IMG/VR virus record: IMGVR_UViG_3300032282_003292
Span: 1 to 56,001 of that record
Source: a virus
Lineage: Duplodnaviria > Caudoviricetes
Length of the DNA stretch: 56,001 nt
Strand: one strand, 5' to 3'
Below, piece by piece: positions 8,789 through 18,900 of the stretch. The notes beneath the pieces were generated by a model. The model was not told the DNA's origin, made no database searches, and saw nothing but the letters and a program-made list of their open reading frames with translations. Every line of letters begins with the position of its first letter. Positions within the stretch are counted from its first letter, which is position 1. The translations under genes were made by a program, and so were the position numbers.

Positions 8789-9430
8789 TCAGGGAATTTT
8801 TAAATACCATCCAGTTACAATATATTTATCTTTAGTAAAAACAGTATTTCCTTTATGAACATGAGTTAATCCAGCTGGCCAAATTACTACAGTTCCTTGG
8901 GTGGGATTAATTCTTCTTTTTTGGTACATAAATTCGGTTTCTGCTTCATTTTCTGGCATCGTATTTAAATACAATATCCAAACTAATTCTCTATTGCAAA
9001 AATCATATCCAGAATTTTCATAATGCCAATGATGATAGCCTCCCTCAGGAGAAGTTTTTTGAACTTTTAAATCCGTAGATATTAATTTAGATGCCTTTAA
9101 TTGTGAATACTTATCCACATAATGTGCTGCTGTTGCTTGTAAATATTGATTTATATTACTAGAAAGAGGTTGACTAGTTTGATTCAATAATATAGATTGA
9201 TCAGATCTTCCTAATTTTCCATCATGAAATTGATTTTCTCCATCCATATATTCAATTTGTTGTTTTATGGTGCTAGAATTTATCACAATGTCATCGAAAT
9301 GATTTATAACAGATTCACATAAAACAGGGGGAACAAAGCCTTCCCAAACTCCAATAAAATCAGAAAATTCTGATTTAGTTATTGAAGAATCTTTCATTAA
9401 TTCTAATGGTCTAATTGGTTGTATTGTCAT
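8789..9430 (-). CDS. 2OG-Fe(II) oxygenase (prolyl-4-hydroxylase-like)
   Basis: GGYHHWHYE, LVWILYLN, ETEF.YQ, WPAG.THVH.GN, KYIVTGW. Confidence 0.9.
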   Translation of the reverse strand: MTIQPIRPLELMKDSSITKSEFSDFIGVWEGFVPPVLCESVINHFDDIVINSSTIKQQIEYMDGENQFHDGKLGRSDQSILLNQTSQPLSSNINQYLQATAAHYVDKYSQLKASKLISTDLKVQKTSPEGGYHHWHYENSGYDFCNRELVWILYLNTMPENEAETEFMYQKRRINPTQGTVVIWPAGLTHVHKGNTVFTKDKYIVTGWYLKIP

Positions 9431-9437
9431 AATTTTT

Positions 9438-12400
9438 TCAAAAAGCTTTTATAACATATTTTGCCCTATAATATTTAGTTATCAACGGAACAGTTATATT
9501 TGGTCTAAATTTTGCTGTAGGAACTATTGCTTTTTTAGTTGATAAAGTAAACGTTCCAGGATCTGAAATTATTGCAAGTTCAGAAGAAGTAAAAGAAACC
9601 TCGGCAGTTTCTTGCAAAGAAGAAATTGAACCATATTTAGTACCAGGACCATTAACATTTCCATAACCATACGTATAACCACCAAATGGAAGTGGAGAAA
9701 TATAGTGACTATGAGTTAATGTTCCCCCAGGGCTATATCCTATAACATTACCAGTGCCATTATCACCCAAATCTATAGCACCCAATCTTATAGATCCTCC
9801 TGTTGTTACTTTACCTGGAGCATCGCTATTATTTGAATTATTGAGAGGAATATTATTTGATACAGCGGAAGCCCAATAATTATTATATGTAACAGAAGCA
9901 TTCCAAGTATTACTACCTATACCTTGAGCTGGTGGACTTGGTGCCCCAGGATAATAAGCACCTACACCAGATTGACCAAGTGTTCTAGCACCTTGAAGAG
10001 GAAGAACACCAGGGCTTCCCCAAGCTATCAATCCATTTTTAGTTTCTGATAATGAACTAGAAACCAATTCATGAAAATGTTCTGGTGTTTTAACAATAGT
10101 TTCTTTAAGAGGTCCAACTGGAGCAGTACAATCACCAATGATAGTGAATAACGTATCTCCTGTAACATTTTGATAACCATTGGTTTTTATAGTTCCTATT
10201 CTAAAAAATTCACTAGTTATTTCATCTTCAAATAATTGTTCTCTTGGATAAGGTCCTCTGGGATCTATTTTGTCAATATACCAAAATCCCCCTTGAGATC
10301 CAACTGTTGTAGATGAACCAGCATCAGTTCCATCTGGTCCTATAAATGTAGGAACAGACACAGAAGAAGAAACATTTCCATCTACTCTTCCAGTTCCATA
10401 TAATTTTCTATTTCTATAATCAGGAAGATTGAAATCTCCACTATAAACATATGGAGATTCATCAGATTTATTACCTACTCCGCCATAAGTATTACCAATA
10501 ACATTGAATAGATCTGGATAATCAGAAACATTTAAAGTTCTGCCATCACATTCAATAAATCCTGGATATCTAGATTCTGGAGAACCATCTAAAACACCAA
10601 AAGATCCAGAAGAATCTCTAAAAACAGAAATAACAGTTCCTATACTATAACCATCTGCTTTTCCTAATGAACTATACCACGTAGAAGCTTGATCCGTTAC
10701 TGGAGGTTCTGGTAATGTAGTAACTGACCATTGATCTGTTACACCACCAATATTGACATTTATATTAGCAGAATTACTTCCATAACCGCCTGTACGCAAT
10801 CTCAACATTAAAGGATTATTATTAGATATAGATGATGGAGCAGGGGGTGCTGGATGTGTTAGGCCAGTTATATCATACCAATCAGTACCATTGTTAATGC
10901 TGAATTGTGCTTGTGATCCAGTAAAATCTGATGGTTTTGTAATTGAAAGCGAAGATGGAGATGTTATCCCACGAATAATAATTTGATTACTATAAACTAA
11001 AGTAGTTGCTTTTTGATTTGGTCTATCAACAAAAACAAAAGGATCTGGTATGGTATCTCCAGCTAAACTTGTAGTAATTTTCCATTCATCTGCCAAATAT
11101 CCATATTGATTTGTTCCAACAACAATTGTTGATCTAACAGTAGTGCTGGGTTGATTTGGTGCAGTAATTTTTAATTGCAAACTTTGTTGATTTTCTATAG
11201 TAACCGTTTCTGCTGCGGGATTTTTCCAATCACCACCATTAACAGAAACATAAACTGGAATATTTTCATCATTTGAAGTTGTTATATTAGCAGAATAATT
11301 TATGCCCGTAATTTGAACTATATTACTTTCTACGGTTGTGCCACCTACAACATCGGTAAGATTTGTGAAATTATAATATTCTGGTGCAGTATCAATAGTA
11401 GAAGTTGTTGTAACTAACCAGTCTACAACTGGAGAATCTCCAATTGTTATTAAAACAGTTATTTTATCTCCAGGAGTAGAAGATGATTTTACTTTAATTT
11501 GTATATAATCTCCGTTATATATTATTCCCGTGTTTCCTTCTTTTTTTATATTAGCGATGTACAAAGATAAATCACCACTAGCAATTGGAACGCCACTAAT
11601 AGTAGATGCACTAATTGTTACTCTAGCACTTCCATTAACAAGTCCTGTTATTTGAACAGAATCACTACTAATAACTGTATTAGGTAATGCATTCGTAACA
11701 TCAACAAAATCCCAAGGATTTACAATATCTGGTTGTCTATCTTTTGTTCTTATTATATATCTAGATTCTACTTGACTACCTACATCACCAACTCTTAAAT
11801 ATGTTGTTCTTTCTGTATTATATGTATTTGGAGATAATACATATAATTTTATAACAGCTCCATTGGTAACCTGTGCAGTTTTTCCAACCACAACAAGATT
11901 TCCATTTACAATTAATCTAGCATCATCACCAACTACAGTAGCTGAAACAGCTTTATTGATACCAAGAATAGTAACAGAATTTCTAGTAGTATAATAAGTA
12001 TTTAATTCGGCATCATACTCATTTAAAAATGTATCAATTTCATTTGGAGCCCCCTCTGTTCTTGTATATCTAACAGTTACCCTACCATTACCAGCCCCAG
12101 TTATAGGATCTCCAGGACCTCCATATTGAGACAAGCCTATTACTACATTTTTAGTGCCATCCATTCCTAAATTTTCATTACGCCAAGTCAATCCAGTTGT
12201 TCCATTAGGAACATTAGTAGAAGCCAAAGCTTTAGTTGTTCCCCTCCAGGCAATACCAGGATAAAGTTCAGGAGTTTCGTACCAATCTGCAGTACTGGTA
12301 TAATAACCATTTAATCCTGATTTACCCCCTTGACCACCATAAGCCGAAGTTTGGCCATAATAATATAAACGGCCACCACCATTACGAATATATGCAGAAG

Positions 12401-13160
12401 CATACTCATACGACGTAAATTCACCATATATAGAATCTGCAGCTCCTCCAGTTCCACCTCCCCCATAACCTGATCCACCTAAGTAAGCTGCTTGTTGAGC
12501 CCTATTTACCATATCGCCACCATTCGTCGTATTATAATAATAATAATAAGCTCTTCCATGTATAACATTTGTCATGCAATCTAGGCCACGAGCACCAGGG
12601 GCAGAATTATTTAAAACATTTGCTCCAGGACCACCACCACCGCCGCCAGCCCACATCAAAGGAGTAAAATTATTTGAAGTTACTGGAATAGTAGGATTTG
12701 GATCTCTTGGCCACGCATCAGCGTAAGAAAGATGTTCTTTAGTATAAATTGAATTGCTGGCCACAATCCCAACTGTTGTTAACGCTCCTCCTCCACCTCC
12801 TTGCACAGAACCATTATATGAATTGCCCTCACCTCCAGATCCTCCAGTAGCTGTCGTATAAAAACTTTCATTTCCCCATCCACTAATTACACCACCATTA
12901 AATACATTTCCAGAAATAGTTCCATTACCTCCACCATTACCAACGCCAATATGAAGTTCGGATCCACCAGGAACTCCAAACATTGCACCAATATAACCAC
13001 CAGATCCGCCATATCCTCCAGGTAAAAGTCCTACTGGAGTAGTTCCACCCCCACCTCCACCATGAGCATCTATTTGAATCAAACTAATATCCCCAGAAAT
13101 ACCAGGAAGTTTCAAATGATTCAATCCAGTATAATATATTGCCTTTTCTGTAATTGCCAT
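9438..13160 (-). CDS. tail fibre protein: Gly-rich N-domain, about four Ig-like repeats, tail-collar domain
   Basis: GGGGG stretches; D..P..F.F.D repeats; PGFIECDG..L...DYPDLF.VIG.TYG..F.LPD collar motif; HxH metal sites. Confidence 0.85.
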   Translation of the reverse strand: MAITEKAIYYTGLNHLKLPGISGDISLIQIDAHGGGGGGTTPVGLLPGGYGGSGGYIGAMFGVPGGSELHIGVGNGGGNGTISGNVFNGGVISGWGNESFYTTATGGSGGEGNSYNGSVQGGGGGALTTVGIVASNSIYTKEHLSYADAWPRDPNPTIPVTSNNFTPLMWAGGGGGGPGANVLNNSAPGARGLDCMTNVIHGRAYYYYYNTTNGGDMVNRAQQAAYLGGSGYGGGGTGGAADSIYGEFTSYEYASAYIRNGGGRLYYYGQTSAYGGQGGKSGLNGYYTSTADWYETPELYPGIAWRGTTKALASTNVPNGTTGLTWRNENLGMDGTKNVVIGLSQYGGPGDPITGAGNGRVTVRYTRTEGAPNEIDTFLNEYDAELNTYYTTRNSVTILGINKAVSATVVGDDARLIVNGNLVVVGKTAQVTNGAVIKLYVLSPNTYNTERTTYLRVGDVGSQVESRYIIRTKDRQPDIVNPWDFVDVTNALPNTVISSDSVQITGLVNGSARVTISASTISGVPIASGDLSLYIANIKKEGNTGIIYNGDYIQIKVKSSSTPGDKITVLITIGDSPVVDWLVTTTSTIDTAPEYYNFTNLTDVVGGTTVESNIVQITGINYSANITTSNDENIPVYVSVNGGDWKNPAAETVTIENQQSLQLKITAPNQPSTTVRSTIVVGTNQYGYLADEWKITTSLAGDTIPDPFVFVDRPNQKATTLVYSNQIIIRGITSPSSLSITKPSDFTGSQAQFSINNGTDWYDITGLTHPAPPAPSSISNNNPLMLRLRTGGYGSNSANINVNIGGVTDQWSVTTLPEPPVTDQASTWYSSLGKADGYSIGTVISVFRDSSGSFGVLDGSPESRYPGFIECDGRTLNVSDYPDLFNVIGNTYGGVGNKSDESPYVYSGDFNLPDYRNRKLYGTGRVDGNVSSSVSVPTFIGPDGTDAGSSTTVGSQGGFWYIDKIDPRGPYPREQLFEDEITSEFFRIGTIKTNGYQNVTGDTLFTIIGDCTAPVGPLKETIVKTPEHFHELVSSSLSETKNGLIAWGSPGVLPLQGARTLGQSGVGAYYPGAPSPPAQGIGSNTWNASVTYNNYWASAVSNNIPLNNSNNSDAPGKVTTGGSIRLGAIDLGDNGTGNVIGYSPGGTLTHSHYISPLPFGGYTYGYGNVNGPGTKYGSISSLQETAEVSFTSSELAIISDPGTFTLSTKKAIVPTAKFRPNITVPLITKYYRAKYVIKAF

Positions 13161-13179
13161 GAGTAATTAAAAAAAATTA

Positions 13180-14058
13180 TTAATATTTTATTATATATTC
13201 TACTAATATAAATGGAGCTTGAGTATCATCAAAAGTAGTATGAGTAACAGGAGTTGCAATATTTACTGTAGTAACTAAATTATCTGCTCCTACATTAAAA
13301 GTATTATAAGACCACGAAAAATTATGAATATGTTCAGCAGCGGGAGGAATTGTTACATTATGTGAATGAGGAGAATCTGCCATCCCAAAAGTTGTAGTAA
13401 TTTCATAAGTATTGCCACCAATACATCTGCAATTATCTCCACTATGACTTTTTGATGGGGAAACTGGACCAGTTCCACCAGTAAGATAATAATTTCCTGT
13501 ATAATTTAATACGGATTGATTTCCTCCATGCCCGTGAGCTTGAAAATTTATGTCTGTTAAAGATACAGCATCAGTAGATTTATTAACAGTTTTGTATAAC
13601 GGAGATCCAGCAAGTTTTACTGGAGCTGAAGGACCTTGAACAATAAATCTTCCATTATAAGTTATTGTTTCGGTTTGTGTTACATTAGAAGATACATTGA
13701 ATTCAGATCCTACATGATATGTTTTTTCATCTTGTAAAAACATATCATTATATATTCCAGTTCCAGCCCCAGCAACAATATATTTTGACCCCAAATCTGG
13801 TAGCTGAATTTCATCATCAGCTAAAGTAACATTATCTTTTACGTATCTACATGCTTTTCCAATTCCAATTACATTCGCCAAATCTGGATATTCCGAAGCA
13901 GACAAAATACTACCATCACAACGCAAAAATCCAGCTGGCAATAATGATTTGAAAGCAGGATTATTAGGAGAATTTTGTTGTGGTAGTTGACTAGTAAATA
14001 TTTGAATAGTTCCAACCATTCCACCATATTTACTTTTTTCTTTTGTGTAATTTGCCAT
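13180..14058 (-). CDS. tail-collar-domain (short tail fibre/baseplate) protein
   Basis: PAGFLRCDGS.LSA.EYPDLA.VIG..LPDL; HxH motifs; YIIKY terminus. Confidence 0.85.
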   Translation of the reverse strand: MANYTKEKSKYGGMVGTIQIFTSQLPQQNSPNNPAFKSLLPAGFLRCDGSILSASEYPDLANVIGIGKACRYVKDNVTLADDEIQLPDLGSKYIVAGAGTGIYNDMFLQDEKTYHVGSEFNVSSNVTQTETITYNGRFIVQGPSAPVKLAGSPLYKTVNKSTDAVSLTDINFQAHGHGGNQSVLNYTGNYYLTGGTGPVSPSKSHSGDNCRCIGGNTYEITTTFGMADSPHSHNVTIPPAAEHIHNFSWSYNTFNVGADNLVTTVNIATPVTHTTFDDTQAPFILVEYIIKY

Positions 14059-14060
14059 AT

Positions 14061-15959
14061 TTAATAAGCTCTAATTAAATACATCACTAATAAATTAGGA
14101 CTAGTAACGGCCACATTTATATTTAGCGCACCTGGAAGATTATTTGGCTCTATATCTGCAATAACATTATTTGTAACAATTGAAGAAGGCATTCTTAAAG
14201 TTCCATTTGTATAGTCAATATCAAATTGACCATGATCATGACCTTCGATTACTGTAACTGATTGACCTAGATTTGAATTAGTAGTAAAATTTATTGCAGA
14301 ATTATTAAAAGAAACTTTGTATGGTCTATGCTCATCTCCACTTGTAGGCAATCCTGGATCATAATTGGTATTTTCTAAGTATACTCTACCATATAATCCA
14401 AATGGAACATCATCTTTTACTTCCAATTCTTTTTGTTGAAAAAGAGGATTTGATGGAGTTCCATATGGTCTAGAAAATTGAGTATCATTACCAAACCAAT
14501 AAGCTATGGGGTGTGAAGTAGTTCCATATGGTTTTAATACACTAGCTTCTGTAGATATATTAGCTAAAATAACAGGACTGATTCCAGTTCCTACAGCAGT
14601 ACTATTGGCACTAGGAATACTACCATAGTTTGCAGATGTATCTGGCCCATCAAAAACAATTCCAAGTAATTTATCTGCCCATTCATCCCATCTTGGTGAT
14701 GAAAATTTGTATTCTATTTCTCTTGAACAAGACACTCCTCGTCCTGGTTTTGGCTCTTCTACCCCAGAAATAGATACAACACTTCCTGCGTGTGTATGAG
14801 GTTGTAAATGTTTTCTTCCTAATTTTCTTGGAGCGGTGTATAGAGATTTAGTTCCAACTCCCCCATCAATTCTAGCACCAGTTATTGTTCCAGAAAATTC
14901 ACTATCAATTGCATATTCAAATAATATATCCGTAGGAGCTTCCCAATTAGTTGTAATACTATTATCAATATCAGAAGCTGCTACTAACGATCCAATATTT
15001 CCAATAACAATAGTCTTATTAGTTTGAAATCTAGGATTTGATAAATTTTCGATAGGTACATCATTAAGACTTGGAGCTGGATATTTAAATTGCAACGATT
15101 GAGTTAAAACAGAACTAGTTGCTCCTGCTAATATAGCACTAATAGTTAATCTATATGTATGAGATTCTCCGATTGGTGGTTGGGGACCAGAATATCCCAC
15201 TGCACTTACCCCAGAAGTGCCTATTGATCCTAAATAATTTGGTCTGACTGAAGTTCCGACAGGAAGAGTGGTTGCATCGGCAGAAATAAAATTAGTATTA
15301 GCTGGAATATTTGTCAAATACCACAAAGTTAAATTAGTTCCATTAATAGTTTCAGAAAGATCTTCTAGTAAAAGTGTAAAACTAGAAATATTAACTCCAG
15401 GTGGAAATTGATTGGTATTAAATGACCAAGAAAGTGAAGGATTTTTATTTTGCGCTCCAGTTCTTTGAGCCCTAGTCGAAGAAGTGCCGACCATAGAAAG
15501 TGGAGCAACATCATTATTTGTTAATGGAATACCACTACTAGGCGTCACCACAAATGTGCTTCCATTAACAGTTATAACAGTGGTAGTTCCGCCAGTAGAA
15601 CCAACTCCAGTTCCAATATATTTAGCTACTATGTCAGCTGCTTCTGCTGTATCAATATTTTGTCTTTTTGTTCCCAAGGCTCCAGCACCAAAATGTGCCA
15701 CATCCATATCAACTAATGGTCTGGAAATAATTTTTGGCAAAGTAATATTTCCAGAATAATTTGGAAAATTTCCAGAAAATGTAGAACCACCATAAGTATT
15801 TCCAATAATTTGCGCTAAAAGTGGATATTTAGATGCTGATATAGAAGTACCATCACAAATTAACCAACCTTTTGGCAAATCTGTAGTTCCACCCACCCAA
15901 GGTATGATAGTGCCGATAGCGGCAGCTTTCATAGTTTTTAATTTTCCGTAATTTGCCAT
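14061..15959 (-). CDS. tail-collar-domain fibre protein with inserted YbhB/YbcL (PEBP)-like domain
   Basis: IGTIIPW..P.GWLICDG collar; internal P.LSW..LW..IP..GYSGPQPP..H.Y; YLIRAY terminus. Confidence 0.85.
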   Translation of the reverse strand: MANYGKLKTMKAAAIGTIIPWVGGTTDLPKGWLICDGTSISASKYPLLAQIIGNTYGGSTFSGNFPNYSGNITLPKIISRPLVDMDVAHFGAGALGTKRQNIDTAEAADIVAKYIGTGVGSTGGTTTVITVNGSTFVVTPSSGIPLTNNDVAPLSMVGTSSTRAQRTGAQNKNPSLSWSFNTNQFPPGVNISSFTLLLEDLSETINGTNLTLWYLTNIPANTNFISADATTLPVGTSVRPNYLGSIGTSGVSAVGYSGPQPPIGESHTYRLTISAILAGATSSVLTQSLQFKYPAPSLNDVPIENLSNPRFQTNKTIVIGNIGSLVAASDIDNSITTNWEAPTDILFEYAIDSEFSGTITGARIDGGVGTKSLYTAPRKLGRKHLQPHTHAGSVVSISGVEEPKPGRGVSCSREIEYKFSSPRWDEWADKLLGIVFDGPDTSANYGSIPSANSTAVGTGISPVILANISTEASVLKPYGTTSHPIAYWFGNDTQFSRPYGTPSNPLFQQKELEVKDDVPFGLYGRVYLENTNYDPGLPTSGDEHRPYKVSFNNSAINFTTNSNLGQSVTVIEGHDHGQFDIDYTNGTLRMPSSIVTNNVIADIEPNNLPGALNINVAVTSPNLLVMYLIRAY

Positions 15960-15963
15960 ATTT

Positions 15964-18900
15964 TTAGATCTCCATTAACCACCAACCAATTTTTTCACTT
16001 GGAACTATAGTTTGACCTTCTGCGTTTGCACCAGCATATATTAATCCTAAAGCTGCATTTGGAGTATTTACAATCAATTCTCCTCCATTATGTAGTGCAA
16101 GATTAATTGAATTTGGAGCAGATGTATTACTAGAATCTGCTTGTATTGCAACTCCAGTGCTCGCTCTTATAATTAATTTAACATCATATTTTAAATTACC
16201 ACTCAAATCTACAAATCTTATCATATCACCATTAATTGGATTTGTTGGCAATTTAACATATAATGTGCTAATTGGATTTACAAAATAATTTATATTAGAT
16301 TTTAAAGTTCCGCCATCACCAGATAAAGTATTAATATAATCCCATCTTCTACCGCCAGAAGGAGTATTATATCCCGCAATTCCAGCAAAATCTATAGATC
16401 CAGAAGGATTTATACTATAATGATTATAATATTGTAATCTAGTAGTGCCATTATCAAACAAATCATCACTAGTTCTAGTGGGAGGACTAGTTCCCAAATT
16501 ACCACCAATAATTACTTTATAAGTATTTTCATCGGTACGTATATAAGAACCAGTTGCTGCGGCAGCACCAGCTACCCAAGGATCTCCTCTATTTACTCTA
16601 AGATTTCCGCCATTAACTAGTAATGAAGAATTAAATCTATTTGTTCCTTCTGTTGCCGTGCTTAAGAAATTACCATATATAGTTAGATTTCCAGTTCCAT
16701 TTTGTAAATACAATCTATTAGAAGATCCAGAAGAATCTTTTATGGTCAAATCACCACCATTCATGGTAACATGACCAAACTCAGAATTTACTGTCAATTT
16801 ATTATAACTAGAATTTTTACCTACATTTAAATTACCATAGATATTTGTTTTTCCTGTAGCACTATCCACAGAGAATGTTGTGGTTGATGTATCAGTATTA
16901 TAAGAATTTGTGATAATAGTACTATTTGCAACAAAATTAGATCCGCCAGCAGGAACTTCTGTTCCAGAGCCATATTTAAAATCTAATATTTTGGTTAAAA
17001 TATTATTTGTTTGAATATTTCCAGATCCTTGTAAGACTGCACTAATAGATAATCTATAATTATGAATAAATGTAGATGGTGGTTGTGGTGAAGTATATCC
17101 TATGGAATTAACTCCAGAAGTTCCAGGTAATCCAATGTAATTTCTTTGTATCACAGAACCAAAAGGAACTGTAGTAGAATTTGCATTAAATGAAGTTACT
17201 GTATTTGGAATTTCTGTGATCATCCACAATATATTTGGTTTCCCAGAAGTTCCAGAAACACTTAGATTTTCTAAACAAATTGTATAACTTGCTATAGTAT
17301 ATCCAGTAGGAAGTGTTCCAAAAGACCAAGATAATTGCGGGTTAGTCGTAAGACCAGTGGTATATGTAGTTCCATTAGTTATTTGAGCAGATGTAAATGT
17401 TCCTCCAGTTACTGTATTTGTAACTGCTTGAGTTACTGTAATTTGCCCATTATTAATTTTTAAATATTTGGAATTTTCAACTTCAGAACCATGTAATATT
17501 ACAGAATTATAAGAATCTATTTTTCCTTTTACTAAAGTATTGCCAGTTGTAGATTCCACATTAAATAATGTTACGGCAGAATTGCCTCCACCATCATTTA
17601 TATTTAATGATTGTATTTCACTCAATGCTTGATTTATAGATTCAATTTTAACTATTTCTGTACCGTCAATTCTTATGAAATCTCCAGAATTTAAAGATCC
17701 CCCAAATTCTGCTGTTTTAAGAACAGATACTGCTCCAGCAGTATTTGATCCCATAGGAGAAGTAATATAACTCACATTAGCAGATTTATCTAATCTCTTA
17801 ATAGGTGTTTTATCTGGATGAGTTCTTACAGTAGTTCCTTCAGCTCCACGTTCAACTTTAATTCTAATACCTTCTGCATCATTTATATTAAATAAATTAG
17901 TTAATTCAATTACACGCACGATTTCTGATTGGGAAGCATCAGTAGAACTCCTATCAATTAAAATATAAGATCCTAGAGTAATATCACTTGCAAATGGTAC
18001 TATATCCAAAGGAAGATATATGTTAGTACTTTGCCAATTTCCAGTACCTTGTGTATCTACAGCATTTCCAATAGAAACAGTTCTATAAACATCAATATTT
18101 AAGTTATCTGCATCACCAGCCAAATGAGAAGAAACTGGAGTATTAAATTGACCTCTTTTTACATTAAGTGCTCCAGTTCCTAAGCCACCATTCAATATAA
18201 TATTTCCTTCTATTTTTGCAGAACCTTTTACACCCAAACTATTGTTAATTGAAGTTTGACCAGAATCAGCTCCTAAACTTAATGTAGAAGCACCTCTAGC
18301 TATTGTAACATAAGATGGAGAAGAAGAATTAGACAAAAATTCAAAATATCTATTAAATGATGTTATTTTTCCAGTAGAACCAGAAACAAATCCAGATCCA
18401 ACTTCAATATCACCATCTACACGTAAAAGTCTATTTTTAATATTAAATAAACTGTTAGAATTTGAAAAAGCACCACCAACAATAACTGATGACAAATAAG
18501 AATTATTGTCATTTGGTACAGTACCTATCCTAACAGTAGAATTTTGAGAATTTTCATGTATTTTTAAAATACTATAAGTAGCATTAGATCCACTAACAAT
18601 ACTTTGTGAAAGTGCGCTATTTCCAATATTAATTAATTGGGCTTGAGTCGTAGTGTTTGCTAATTGCAAAGTACTAGCATTTTTTGCAAAAGTAATACTT
18701 GTTGGAGTATCAAATGCTACAATAGATGCACTCGTTGTATCTATTTTACTCGAAACTGTCAAATCTCCAATTACTTTCAATGGTCCACCAAAAAAGCTAT
18801 TACCACGAACAAAAAGATTTGATTTTCCAGAAAATGCCGCGTCTAATGCCAAATCTTCAACGCTAGCATTAATAGATACACGTCCTAAAGTACCAGTATA

